Shown: positions 19,445-29,078, numbered from the stretch's first letter. The stretch is 64,000 nucleotides of DNA from an uncultured Gammaproteobacteria bacterium (GCA_964344485.1 CAYFNF010000001.1:18335-82334); one strand, 5' to 3'. Numbers and translations: made by a program. The notes: generated by a model not told the origin, from the letters alone.

Positions 19445-20122
19445 ATGAAAAAACAACTCCTTACATTTCTCATCGCTGGAATTCTACTGAGCCTTCCGTT
19501 TGTTGTTGATGCAGCGCTGCTTCCATCATGTACGACCAGCGGTAATTGTCACACCTGTGACTTCTTAGTGTTTATCGATAACCTAGCGAGTGAGATTCTT
19601 CGATACATCGGAGCGATTATAATCCTAGTGTTTGTGATCGGTGGTGTATTTTGGATTATCTCTGGGGGAAGCGCTGAACGAGTGAAGAAAGGCCAGACCA
19701 TTATGGTAGGTGCATTGATCGGACTAGGATTTGTATTTGGAGCATGGATGATAGTACATATGATCATTGCAGCGTTTGTTGCTCCGACCACGGATACTGG
19801 CGCAACTGATTGGTCAAAAGTGTCATTATTTGATAGCGGACAGAATTGGTATGAATTCTGTGTTGAAGGAACCGCGCCGAGTGGTGCGACTACTAATTGT
19901 AAAGATGAGTCAGACGGTACTGAGTGTCAGGCAGACTCTTGTACTGCAGTGGGTGTTTGTGTCTGTAAATCCGACACGTGCATCTCTTTATGTCAGTATC
20001 ATGCAGAAGAAGCAGGGCAGTCTGGTTCTTGTGTGGATGAAGTCGGCGATTGTTCCGGGGTGACAGATTCATCTACTGGTCTCTGTCCAGGCGAAACTAT
20101 ATGTTGCCGTGTTGATAGTTAA
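19445..20122 (+). CDS. VirB2/TrbC-like pilin paralog with Cys-rich C-terminal extension
   Basis: Signal peptide, two TM helices flanking the GGSAERVKKGQ loop (shared with 5 neighbours), then ~90 aa with about 20 Cys. Confidence 0.55.
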   Translation: MKKQLLTFLIAGILLSLPFVVDAALLPSCTTSGNCHTCDFLVFIDNLASEILRYIGAIIILVFVIGGVFWIISGGSAERVKKGQTIMVGALIGLGFVFGAWMIVHMIIAAFVAPTTDTGATDWSKVSLFDSGQNWYEFCVEGTAPSGATTNCKDESDGTECQADSCTAVGVCVCKSDTCISLCQYHAEEAGQSGSCVDEVGDCSGVTDSSTGLCPGETICCRVDS

Positions 20123-20143
20123 TAATTACTTACTATATATCCT

Positions 20144-20491
20144 ATGAAGAAATTACAGATAAAAACCTTTGGCACATCACTTCTCTTATGGTCTGTGTTG
20201 GCCATGCCAGTATTAGCAGACACTATGATCGAGAATCCGCTACCGTCATCTGATCCAAATGAGATCATCGCGAATATTGTTTCTGTGATCTTGGGCGTGG
20301 TTGGAGCGATTGCGCTGATGTTCTTTGTATGGGGCGGAGTTCTTATGTTGATCTCTGGAGGTAGTCCTGAAAAGACAAAAAAGGGACGAGACACGTTGAT
20401 GTGGGCAACACTCGGATTGATTATTATCTTCGGCAGCTTCGGTATTGTACGCGCAATCTTTCAAGCAATGGGCGGCGAAAGCATCGTATAA
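20144..20491 (+). CDS. VirB2/TrbC-like pilin paralog
   Basis: Signal peptide, TM-GGSPEKTKKGRD-TM architecture. Confidence 0.55.
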   Translation: MKKLQIKTFGTSLLLWSVLAMPVLADTMIENPLPSSDPNEIIANIVSVILGVVGAIALMFFVWGGVLMLISGGSPEKTKKGRDTLMWATLGLIIIFGSFGIVRAIFQAMGGESIV

Positions 20492-20502
20492 CTATTCCAA
20501 CA

Positions 20503-20531
20503 ATAAAACACCCGACGAACGGGTGTTTTTA
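20503..20531. terminator. Bidirectional intrinsic terminator (ACACCCG-ACGAA-CGGGTGT flanked by A and T runs)
   Basis: Perfect 7-bp stem; lies between convergent pilin genes. Confidence 0.65.
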
Positions 20532-20543
20532 TATTTCTATTGT

Positions 20544-20966
20544 TTATGCAAACAATGCAGAGTCTAAGTAGGAGACGATTCCTAGTGCAGAGAGAATGAT
20601 GATCGCACCGATCACTGCCCATTGAATCACGTCCTTTCCTTTTTTAATCTGGGTAGATTTCCCTGCGTAATCGCCAACTCCTAGAATACCGCCACCACTC
20701 ATAATTAGATATCCACCGTAGACGATGAACAACACCACTACTACACCCAGTACTTGAAGTAGAGTTTTGATAATGTTCAGTGCGACAGTTACTGGGTCAT
20801 CTGTTGGCATGAAGCCAGAAAAGTATCCTGAAGGGAAGTAGTCAGATGGGCTTGCAGCCAGAGCACTTAATGGAAAGCAGGCGATCAAAGAACAGACAGC
20901 AAGGATACCGCCCCATAATAGAAATGCGGTATGTTTTTTTTGCAAAGAGATCTGTTGTAGTCTCAT
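20544..20966 (-). CDS. VirB2/TrbC-like pilin paralog
   Basis: Same architecture (loop GGGILGVGDYAGKSTQIKKGKD). Confidence 0.5.
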   Translation of the reverse strand: MRLQQISLQKKHTAFLLWGGILAVCSLIACFPLSALAASPSDYFPSGYFSGFMPTDDPVTVALNIIKTLLQVLGVVVVLFIVYGGYLIMSGGGILGVGDYAGKSTQIKKGKDVIQWAVIGAIIILSALGIVSYLDSALFA

Positions 20967-20986
20967 ATATACTTAATGAATGTTGA

Positions 20987-21388
20987 TTACACTGGGACTG
21001 CTCCTTGGCCGGTCGCGCTTTCGATCACACTAAAGACATATATTGCAATTCCGTACGATGAAAGGATAATAAGCAAACCGAGTACTGCTGCTTGTAGGAT
21101 ACCGCGAGCTTTCTTAATTTTCTCTTCATTTCCAGCAGCAAACATCCAGGTGAACCCAGCGTAGACGATTAATCCAATTGCGATAACACTTAAAAAACCG
21201 AGAATAGCTGCGATAATGTTCGCTGCAGTAACTAACGGGCTCTGTGCACTCATTCCAGTAGTTGATGAGATCAAGTTTTGCATAGTTGCTGGTAGTAGAC
21301 TGCCAGCAAAGACAGCATCTGCGTATCCAAAAAGCATACAGCCGCTGACTGTGACGATGCTTGCGATTTTAGAAAGTACGTGTTTCAT
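20987..21388 (-). CDS. VirB2/TrbC-like pilin paralog
   Basis: TM-AAGNEEKIKKARG-TM. Confidence 0.5.
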   Translation of the reverse strand: MKHVLSKIASIVTVSGCMLFGYADAVFAGSLLPATMQNLISSTTGMSAQSPLVTAANIIAAILGFLSVIAIGLIVYAGFTWMFAAGNEEKIKKARGILQAAVLGLLIILSSYGIAIYVFSVIESATGQGAVPV

Positions 21389-21406
21389 ACGTATAAAAGA
21401 AATTGT

Positions 21407-21817
21407 TTATTTTGTTGCAGCTTCGATGACCTCGATCCAGAACAAAGTAATCCCCCATGCAGCCATGATGATCAGTAAACCAATTGCTCCGTTCAATAGA
21501 ATGCCTTTTGCTTTCTTTACCTTCTCTTCATTACCACCAGAGAACATCCAGGTGAAGCCACCGTACAGTACAATGATCATCGCAATGATTGCCAGAATAC
21601 CGAGCACGAGGTTTAGTATAAATGCAGCGATATCGATCGGATCATTCGAACCCAGGCCTGTTGCAGCACCGACATCCGTACCTGAAGCGTTCATAATATG
21701 TGATTGAGCGAAGGTCAGTACCGGCACTGTGGTTCCTACAAGAACTGTAAAAAAAGTAGCCACATGTTTTGGTACTGTTTTTATGTGTTGCGACATTGAA
21801 GAAAGCGCAATTTTCAT
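21407..21817 (-). CDS. VirB2/TrbC-like pilin paralog
   Basis: TM-SGGNEEKVKKAKG-TM. Confidence 0.5.
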   Translation of the reverse strand: MKIALSSMSQHIKTVPKHVATFFTVLVGTTVPVLTFAQSHIMNASGTDVGAATGLGSNDPIDIAAFILNLVLGILAIIAMIIVLYGGFTWMFSGGNEEKVKKAKGILLNGAIGLLIIMAAWGITLFWIEVIEAATK

Positions 21818-21929
21818 ATGTTTTTACAATAGAAATAGTTCATTTGGATTATACCAGATGGATCTGATTTTGTAAATACCTGAGCGTGAAATCTACGACA
21901 AACCATAGGAGATTTTTCAACATTCTGGA

Positions 21930-21958
21930 TTGACTTTCGGGTAAAAGTGTGTTAGAGT
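21930..21958 (+). promoter_or_regulatory. Sigma70-like promoter TTGACT-N17-TAGAGT upstream of the pilin gene at 22003, followed by SD AAAGGAGG
   Basis: Hexamers and spacing read directly from the sequence. Confidence 0.45.
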
Positions 21959-22002
21959 GGTGCACATAACAAGTAAACACTCATCGAAAGGAGGTGACAT
22001 AC

Positions 22003-22359
22003 ATGAAAAAATTAGCAACAACAGGGCTAACCGCTCTTGGATGGTTAGCAGCAAGTCCAGCATTCGCTCAAGTAAACACCAGTATCAGTATTACCGGATA
22101 CGGTACTAATGATCCAGAGACCATTGTCATTAACCTATTGAACTGGGTACTTGGTATTCTCGCATTAATCGCAGTCGTATTGATCCTTATCGGTGGTTTC
22201 CGATGGATGACTGCAGCAGGTAACGAAGAAAAGGTAGAATCTGCGAAGAAATTACTCGTCGCAGCAGTTATCGGACTCGTTATCATTATGGCAGCTTGGG
22301 GAATCTCACTGTACGCAGTAGGAATCCTCGCAAGCGCTACAAATGCACAAGTTGTATAA
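22003..22359 (+). CDS. VirB2/TrbC-like pilin paralog
   Basis: TM-AAGNEEKVESAKK-TM. The ATG at 22003 is preceded by an SD; the ORF track GTG at 21994 is less likely. Confidence 0.55.
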   Translation: MKKLATTGLTALGWLAASPAFAQVNTSISITGYGTNDPETIVINLLNWVLGILALIAVVLILIGGFRWMTAAGNEEKVESAKKLLVAAVIGLVIIMAAWGISLYAVGILASATNAQVV

Positions 22360-22397
22360 CATTCTATAAGCGAATTCAATTCGCGTTTGCAACATAC

Positions 22398-22426
22398 AGC
22401 CCGCCGAGATGGCGGGCTTTTCGTTT
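22398..22426 (+). terminator. Intrinsic terminator GCCCGCC-GAGAT-GGCGGGC followed by a T run; an adjacent palindrome GCGAATTCAATTCGC lies at 22370-22384
   Basis: Perfect 7-bp GC stem followed by TTTTCGTTT. Confidence 0.7.
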
Positions 22427-22428
22427 GA

Positions 22429-24069
22429 CTATTTTTTTGTGGAATATATTTGGTACTCGTCGTTCGTGAGTGCGACCGGGTAGCGTTGCGAGAAGAATTG
22501 ATCGTCTATCGTGAAAACCTCTCGTTCATACGGGCCGATGACTATAAACGAAATATTATATTTTTTTATTAATTCCTCCGCGTTCTCGCTTCCACTATAT
22601 ATATTTATAATATCCTGTTCGAGTTCATTAAAGAAGAAGCCGTATGTCCCGTTCCACTTACGGTTCCCCAATAGTATCTGCCTACCAGTGAGTGACGGTA
22701 CCCAGTGATTGTAGCGATCTGAAGTAAGCACAATATCAGTAGGCTCGGAGAAAGTTTTAAACTCTTCAGCAAGTGCAATTTCCTGAGTGGTCCATAAGAG
22801 CATGGACCGATCACTTGGAGTGCGTGCCATATGATAGAGGTCAGCAGCGCCAGTTGCAGTCATAACAAAGAATAGTACTACCACGAGAAATTTTATTGCA
22901 ATATTCTTTTGTTTCCATAGACGCTGCATATAGAGAAGAACAGGAATGATGAATATGCAGTAACTCCATGTAAATAGTTTTGAGTTATCCCACACCCATG
23001 GTTGAAAGCTGAAGATGTTCGCGAGGAGGAAAATGAGAATACCCCCAACCACCAATGGGTTCTTATACTGTTTGGTTCGCCAGATTGCAATGATGCTCAG
23101 CGGTAGAAAGAATCCCCAGTTAATGAACCAGAACCAAAGCACGTTCATGTCAGCAATACTTGTAGAAGACATCCACCCGAGTTGTAAGCGGATCATCTGG
23201 TAGTCAATCTGCCCTTGGATTAATACAAAGTTAATAAAGAAAAGCGGTATAGCAGCTGACACGGCGTAGATCGCCCATTTCTCCCAGTGCGCACGAGAGA
23301 ATAATGCGAGCACTACGCAGAACAGAACGAGCGCGAGAGTGGAGTGCGGATGAATCAGGAATAAGCATGCAGAGATGAGCCCTAAGGCAACCAAGCGCAT
23401 GAATGTCGCGTCTTTGAAGTTATTCTTAGTCCATCGGTAGAGCAGGTATAAGATGATCAGGGCAATTGGGAACCCTAGCAGCATAGCGCGTTGTGGTAAG
23501 AATTCTGAAGTAACGATATTAGTCCATGCGCAGCAACGAAAATCCCGCACTGGAAACATCAACCCAAATGCTCCGTTCATTAAAAATAGGGAGAGCGCAA
23601 AGAACGAAGCGACTACGGATTTTAAGAAGCGATTATAGAAGGCGAGCAGCAAGAATAGCAGCACCAAGGTCAGGATAATCGAGGGGATGATCACTGCTGC
23701 AATGGAGTCGATTCCAAATCGAATCAGAATACCAGAGAGTGCATCAGCAACGAACGGATAGGTGAAGTGCTTTTGTATATGAATTGGATGTGTTTGAAAC
23801 CAGTTCGTTACGGGTCGGTACGCGAATACTGCGATGTAGGTAAAGTGAGCAGCCCAGTCAGTAACGTACGGAGTAGTGGCGCTTTCGACACCTCGAGCGG
23901 TTTTCATGATCACCCGTGGCCACAGGTAGAAGAAGTACACCCCCCAAGTACAGAGCACCGCACAACACCCCCAAAACATTGGAGGGAGTGCACGACATCT
24001 TTGCCCCCAGGTCTTGGTCGCGCCAGTTTTTTTATTGGATTGCTGCGTGGCTTGTTGTGTCGACTTCAT
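22429..24069 (-). CDS. GT-C-fold membrane glycosyltransferase-like protein (PMT/ArnT-like)
   Basis: More than 10 TM helices, loop motifs and a C-terminal soluble domain typical of GT39/GT83-like enzymes. Confidence 0.5.
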   Translation of the reverse strand: MKSTQQATQQSNKKTGATKTWGQRCRALPPMFWGCCAVLCTWGVYFFYLWPRVIMKTARGVESATTPYVTDWAAHFTYIAVFAYRPVTNWFQTHPIHIQKHFTYPFVADALSGILIRFGIDSIAAVIIPSIILTLVLLFLLLAFYNRFLKSVVASFFALSLFLMNGAFGLMFPVRDFRCCAWTNIVTSEFLPQRAMLLGFPIALIILYLLYRWTKNNFKDATFMRLVALGLISACLFLIHPHSTLALVLFCVVLALFSRAHWEKWAIYAVSAAIPLFFINFVLIQGQIDYQMIRLQLGWMSSTSIADMNVLWFWFINWGFFLPLSIIAIWRTKQYKNPLVVGGILIFLLANIFSFQPWVWDNSKLFTWSYCIFIIPVLLYMQRLWKQKNIAIKFLVVVLFFVMTATGAADLYHMARTPSDRSMLLWTTQEIALAEEFKTFSEPTDIVLTSDRYNHWVPSLTGRQILLGNRKWNGTYGFFFNELEQDIINIYSGSENAEELIKKYNISFIVIGPYEREVFTIDDQFFSQRYPVALTNDEYQIYSTKK

Positions 24070-24117
24070 ACGTGTGGTTGTTGGTATGTACGTATTGTAG
24101 TATAGCAGACCGAATTA

Positions 24118-26217
24118 ATGAAATTTGTTTTTCAGGAGATCTGCTTTATACTGATACATATGCTTCAACAGTTACGAACAATAGCAATGCGACCTGTGCT
24201 ACGTATCCCGCTCATAGTATGGGCCATGGTAGCAGTATATGTGGTTGTAATGATAGTAGTCTGCGCGTTTCAGTGGACTCATTACATTTATGGAGGGTAT
24301 GATTTAGCAATTTTTGATCAGGTGTTTTGGAACAGTGCACACGGGCGATGGTTTGAGTTTTCGTTTAGTCCGTACTCCTATTTAGTTGACCATCGTTCGT
24401 TGCTCATCCCGATTCTCGTACCGTTGTATTGGATTATTCCGCATCCCATGACACTGCTAGTGTTACAGACGTTGGTTGTTGCGTCTGGTGCTCTAGCGCT
24501 GTACTTTCTTTCACGAAAAATTTTAGGCCACCTCTCTCCGCAGCCGTTTATAAGCGTTGTGATCGTTGCGCTTTACTTGATACAGCCAACCGTGCACGCA
24601 ATGAATTTGTTTGAGTTCCACATGTTGCCGTTTATTATTCCGTTGTCTTTTTTATTATGGCTCGCAGTAGAGTATAGAAAATGGCCAGTAGTGATATGTT
24701 TGTTTATTGTCATACTGTTGTTACGCGAAGATACCGCGCTTATGACAGCGGGTATTGGATTGTTACTCATTCTCACCAAACAGAAGGCGGAGCCACGCAC
24801 GCGATGGATCGTTGGCGCAGCGATGATGATAGTGAGCATGTGTTGGTTTGTGTTTATGATGTGGCTCGGCATGTTCTTTGCGCCAGACGGAACGTCGAAG
24901 TTTATTATCTTCTATGAATGGATGGGGAATACACCAGTAGAAGCTGCGCAATTTATTGTGCAGCATCCGTTACAGACTCTGGCGACGTTGGGAGATTACG
25001 ATCATAGCATTGTGGTGTTGTTCTTGTTTGCAACCGTGGGCTTCTTACCGCTCTTTCGCATTCGATATTTTATCCCAGCGGTTATTCAGCTCACACTATT
25101 CTTGTTGATCAATCAGCACATGATGCCGTCTGTATTAAAGAGCCACTACCCCGCGGTGTTTGTTCCATGGCTATGTATCGGCGCACTCTATGGATTCAGT
25201 CATGCGCACGAGAAGTTTCAGCGCTATATGAAAAAGCGACCAGCTCTGAAAGACGCTGGCGCTCCAATGGTGCTTGTTATTCTGATCTGTACTATTATTG
25301 TCGCACAGTCAGCGGCTATTGGGCCGATATGGGGTACGATTCACAATTTTAATTTGATGAAAGACCGAAATATAGAGCAGTATGATGTAGTAGTTCAAAT
25401 GGTTGGGCCAGAGGATTCAGTGATAACGACCTCTCGATTGTATTCCCACTTTGCCCAGCGTGAAAAGCTCACGCCCGCGTTACACATCTTTACTGGACGA
25501 AAACATTTTTCTGATGTTCCGTACCCGCTACCTGAAGATGTGGATTGGATTATACTTGAACAGGAGCTTATTTTACGTTGGGGAATCTACTTACGGTTAG
25601 TTGATCGGTCTGGAGCAGGAGAACGACTGCAAAGTATTATAGAACAGAGCGAGTTGGTGCCAGTCATGGCAACAGAAGACCTGGTGGTGTTTGGACGTCC
25701 ATCAGCAGGAATGCCGACAGTACCATTAGTTGAAACTTCAAATGAACCGCTAGATAATCCAGTGGATGTTACTGCTAATCAAACGATTCACTTCGATAGT
25801 TGGGAGTATGAAGAGACAGATGCAACGAGCGGGGTGCTATCACTTCTGTTTGACCGAACAAATAAGCAGTCAGTGATTAAGAATGACCAGCACATTCAAC
25901 TGACGTGGAAAGATGAGCGCGGGCAGGTGATTCGCGAAAAGATATTCGCGCTTGGGTTTGGGCTGCACCCGACGTATAATTGGGAGAAGGGAACACAGGA
26001 GCATTGGTTAATTCACCAGCCAATAGTGCAACCAGCAAACGCAGCGTCAGTTGAGTTGCATATTGGCCCGCTGGATTCAAAGTTTGGACCGTTTTTTACA
26101 CTATGGGTTGCTGACCCGATATTAAAAGAAGGGGATACGATCTCTGTTCCTCTCCGATCATTAGCACCATTAGATCAAGATCACTCAGTAGTCGCTTCTT
26201 CAGGTGCGGCATTTTGA
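24118..26217 (+). CDS. Large polytopic membrane protein with C-terminal extracytoplasmic domain (DUF2079/GT-C-like)
   Basis: GGYDLAIFDQVFWN motif near the N-terminus, multiple TM helices, ~300-aa soluble C-terminal region. Confidence 0.45.
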   Translation: MKFVFQEICFILIHMLQQLRTIAMRPVLRIPLIVWAMVAVYVVVMIVVCAFQWTHYIYGGYDLAIFDQVFWNSAHGRWFEFSFSPYSYLVDHRSLLIPILVPLYWIIPHPMTLLVLQTLVVASGALALYFLSRKILGHLSPQPFISVVIVALYLIQPTVHAMNLFEFHMLPFIIPLSFLLWLAVEYRKWPVVICLFIVILLLREDTALMTAGIGLLLILTKQKAEPRTRWIVGAAMMIVSMCWFVFMMWLGMFFAPDGTSKFIIFYEWMGNTPVEAAQFIVQHPLQTLATLGDYDHSIVVLFLFATVGFLPLFRIRYFIPAVIQLTLFLLINQHMMPSVLKSHYPAVFVPWLCIGALYGFSHAHEKFQRYMKKRPALKDAGAPMVLVILICTIIVAQSAAIGPIWGTIHNFNLMKDRNIEQYDVVVQMVGPEDSVITTSRLYSHFAQREKLTPALHIFTGRKHFSDVPYPLPEDVDWIILEQELILRWGIYLRLVDRSGAGERLQSIIEQSELVPVMATEDLVVFGRPSAGMPTVPLVETSNEPLDNPVDVTANQTIHFDSWEYEETDATSGVLSLLFDRTNKQSVIKNDQHIQLTWKDERGQVIREKIFALGFGLHPTYNWEKGTQEHWLIHQPIVQPANAASVELHIGPLDSKFGPFFTLWVADPILKEGDTISVPLRSLAPLDQDHSVVASSGAAF

Positions 26218-27815
26218 TGCGCATCTTTGCGCGGTACGCGATAGACAGTCACTTCATCGTCAGTATACGCTTCTTTGAATCGTCCGTCAGCAACGATATT
26301 CTTTTTCATCGCAGTATGTTCGTGGTCGATAATAATGAACCGGGCATTAAAGTCTCCTTGAATGATCTCTAGTAGTTGATCTTCTTGTTTGCCGATCGTG
26401 ATATTCACCCATTTCCAGTAGAGGTCTCTATCATAGTTGTACATAAACGTTGGGTCCAGCCCTACAATGTAGCGAGCACGCGCTGCATTATAAAAGAGCA
26501 TTGGGAAATCGTCCCAGTCGTTGTGGAACACTACATCTCCTTTTGTGGCGTGGTCTCTCAGCCACTCCCCGAGTTGGTCAAAGTGATATACTGAGATACC
26601 CCGATGCAGCGATTCATGCGTTTTACGAGCTTCAGTGATCATGATCCCTGGAATGATAAATACAAAATAGACCAGCACTGCAGCGGTGATTCCTTGTAGG
26701 AACGTTTCGCCGATGATACTTTTTCTTGCTGAACTGATCGCGTGTTTCACTTGATCAAGCGCGCCACCCGCGTGAAGCGTTAGTGCAACAAAAATATAAC
26801 CCCATGGAATATAGTATTCAATATACCGTTGAGACTTTAGTGTAAAGACAAAGAAAATGATGGTCATGATAAGCGCAGTGATAGATGCAGCAGTCTGTTT
26901 CTTTATTTTTACAATAAAGACAATAATACTAATGATGATGAGCGACGACAGAATGATCGGAGAAGTGATAAGATTTTCGATCTCTGTTGGATACCATTCA
27001 CCTCCAACTCCGATGACCTCTTGATAATTGATTAAACCAATCTGCACCACTTGCTGCCAATAGAACTTTAAGTGATGCGGGAACGCTGGGTGGATAAGAA
27101 GGCCGGCAACGACACCAGCGCACGCAGCAAAGAACGGTGTGAAGTACGACCACAGTTGTCTTAATGACGGTAGTTTCTTACGGTCTTTTAGCATTGCTAG
27201 CAACCACGTCACTATTGAGTATATTCCAGCGACCACGAGCAAGAGAATGAATCCACCGTAGCTCCAGACGTAGAAGAATCCCAAGAGTATTAGAAGCCGA
27301 TGTTTTTTATGCGCTAATAATAGAAAGGCGGTGACTAAGAACAGGAATCCTACACTCGGGGCTTTCGCTAGCCCCATACGAAACGCAAATGAGGAGGTGA
27401 AGAGTAAGAAGAGCGTAAAGAGTGTTGCGTACTTAACGTGCAGAGACCGGAGCAAGATGTAGAACACCGTCAGAGTGGATGCAGCAAGGAGAACAGTCGC
27501 AACCTTCATTCCAATGAATTCATCCAAGAAGAGAATAAACGGGATCAGGAAGACGTGATACAGGAAATGATGATCGACAAATGCATCTTTTAGAGTGGTG
27601 AACTGCAGCCAGGGGAATTCAACAATTGCTTGCTGTCGTTTCATCATGATTTTTGTGATCTTCAAGTGGTAGAATGAGTCCGGATCAGAAAATACTGGCC
27701 CAGAACTCCATATTGCAAACGCAGTTATGGCAATGATAAATATCACGCACGCTCCAATCCATTCATGTTCGAGCCAGAACTTTTTTATTTGTAATGTTTT
27801 AGATTTTCGATACAT
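26181..27815 (-). CDS. GT-C-fold membrane glycosyltransferase-like protein
   Basis: Polytopic membrane protein plus C-terminal soluble domain. Start chosen at MYRKSK (27815). The ORF track extension to 27935 runs through a structured leader. Confidence 0.5.
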   Translation of the reverse strand: MYRKSKTLQIKKFWLEHEWIGACVIFIIAITAFAIWSSGPVFSDPDSFYHLKITKIMMKRQQAIVEFPWLQFTTLKDAFVDHHFLYHVFLIPFILFLDEFIGMKVATVLLAASTLTVFYILLRSLHVKYATLFTLFLLFTSSFAFRMGLAKAPSVGFLFLVTAFLLLAHKKHRLLILLGFFYVWSYGGFILLLVVAGIYSIVTWLLAMLKDRKKLPSLRQLWSYFTPFFAACAGVVAGLLIHPAFPHHLKFYWQQVVQIGLINYQEVIGVGGEWYPTEIENLITSPIILSSLIIISIIVFIVKIKKQTAASITALIMTIIFFVFTLKSQRYIEYYIPWGYIFVALTLHAGGALDQVKHAISSARKSIIGETFLQGITAAVLVYFVFIIPGIMITEARKTHESLHRGISVYHFDQLGEWLRDHATKGDVVFHNDWDDFPMLFYNAARARYIVGLDPTFMYNYDRDLYWKWVNITIGKQEDQLLEIIQGDFNARFIIIDHEHTAMKKNIVADGRFKEAYTDDEVTVYRVPRKDAHQNAAPEEATTE

Positions 27816-27931
27816 AGAATACCCCATATATTGAAATCTCCCGCTATCAAGCATGGGGCTAGCGGGAGTTTTCCCGCTAAACCTCCGTGGTGCGGGAAGC
27901 ACCTTGACCTTACCAAGGTCATTTTTCCCTG
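27816..27931 (-). promoter_or_regulatory. Structured 5' leader with mutually exclusive hairpins (TAGCGGGA / TCCCGCTA / TAGCGGGA) and possible SD sequestration
   Basis: On the minus strand TCCCGCTA can pair with either of two flanking TAGCGGGA copies (8 bp each). CCCCAT is complementary to ATGGGG adjacent to the start codon. An additional TGACCTT-GGT-AAGGTCA hairpin is present. Confidence 0.4.
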
Positions 27932-28996
27932 TCAAGCATTCTTCAACTCGTCTTTTAGAAAGTTGACATTTGGGATCGGTGATGGGTCTAGGTTGTTCAG
28001 AATTGCTAGGTATAACGAGATATAACTACCGATTAACAGCAGCTCTAATGCTTGATGTAGTTTATTCTTTCCCTGTAGTGAAAGTGTTGTTGATGGGATG
28101 TTGTTGTTTTGTACTACTTGATCAGTAATCTTGTGCCGCAGCTGATTTCTTTCGTGATAGAGATCGCTTGTAATGAACACAAAAAGTAATCGGTCTAAAG
28201 ACTCGCGTGCATGTACCAGCCCTTCAATTAAATGGTGGTTCATTTCTGGTATCGGAAAGCGCACAGCAAACTGTTTTGCGTTTTCGTTGATCTGATTTGT
28301 GAATACATGCGTGCTTCCTTCCAGGAATTCTGAGCTAACAAGTACTGGGAGCGTTTCATGCATTTTTTGTGCGAGCTGTTTTGCGGCGTTGTCATCGAGT
28401 GCAACTTCTGCTCCGTGCTGTTCGTGCAAGGAAGCGATATAGGCCGTTGCTTCTGCGATGTCATTATCTGTTAATGACAACACTCCAAGCGATGATAGCG
28501 CACCACAGATGCCCATAATCGAGTATCCTACTGCCATGCGCGGTTGCTTGCTTGGATTGTACTGTGGGTCAAAGATATACGCAGGAACGTTGTGCTCTTC
28601 AGCGAATTGTTGTAAGTCGCCACCTGTAGTCACTACAAATACTTTGTTGGTTTTGTCTAAAATTGTTTTACTCGCATTCACTGTCTCTTCGGTTGTTCCA
28701 GAGTAACTGGAGAGAATTGCCAGCGTTCGTTCATTTACTGTTCCTGGAATGTCGTAGTCATTAACGATTTGAATCGGAACAGTAATTTGATCTGAGAGCA
28801 GTGCTTGAATGACATGAATTCCCAGCGCTGATCCTCCCATGCCAAAGAGAACGATACGATCGATTTCGCTATAGTGTTCTGGGAAGTGAATTTGTGTTGA
28901 TGCAGACCACGCATCGGAACATTGCTTATCCAAGACCTCAATAGAGGAAAGCATGTTCTGTGAGTCTAGTTGTTGGATGTTCTTTTTTTCTAACAT
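27932..28996 (-). CDS. SIS-domain bifunctional phosphoglucose/phosphomannose isomerase-like protein
   Basis: LFGMGGSALGIHV SIS motif; ~350 aa, typical of the archaeal-type PGI/PMI family. Confidence 0.65.
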   Translation of the reverse strand: MLEKKNIQQLDSQNMLSSIEVLDKQCSDAWSASTQIHFPEHYSEIDRIVLFGMGGSALGIHVIQALLSDQITVPIQIVNDYDIPGTVNERTLAILSSYSGTTEETVNASKTILDKTNKVFVVTTGGDLQQFAEEHNVPAYIFDPQYNPSKQPRMAVGYSIMGICGALSSLGVLSLTDNDIAEATAYIASLHEQHGAEVALDDNAAKQLAQKMHETLPVLVSSEFLEGSTHVFTNQINENAKQFAVRFPIPEMNHHLIEGLVHARESLDRLLFVFITSDLYHERNQLRHKITDQVVQNNNIPSTTLSLQGKNKLHQALELLLIGSYISLYLAILNNLDPSPIPNVNFLKDELKNA

Positions 28997-29043
28997 AGTA
29001 GTTGTATCATAGCGCTGTTATATTGAATGAGCAAGCACAAGGA

Positions 29044-29072
29044 TTGACAGTTTTTTTCCTGGGTCATAAAAT
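29044..29072 (+). promoter_or_regulatory. Sigma70-like promoter TTGACA-N17-TAAAAT giving a leaderless or near-leaderless mRNA for the HAD gene at 29079
   Basis: The -10 ends 6 nt before the ATG and no SD is present. Confidence 0.5.
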
Positions 29073-29078
29073 GGCTGC

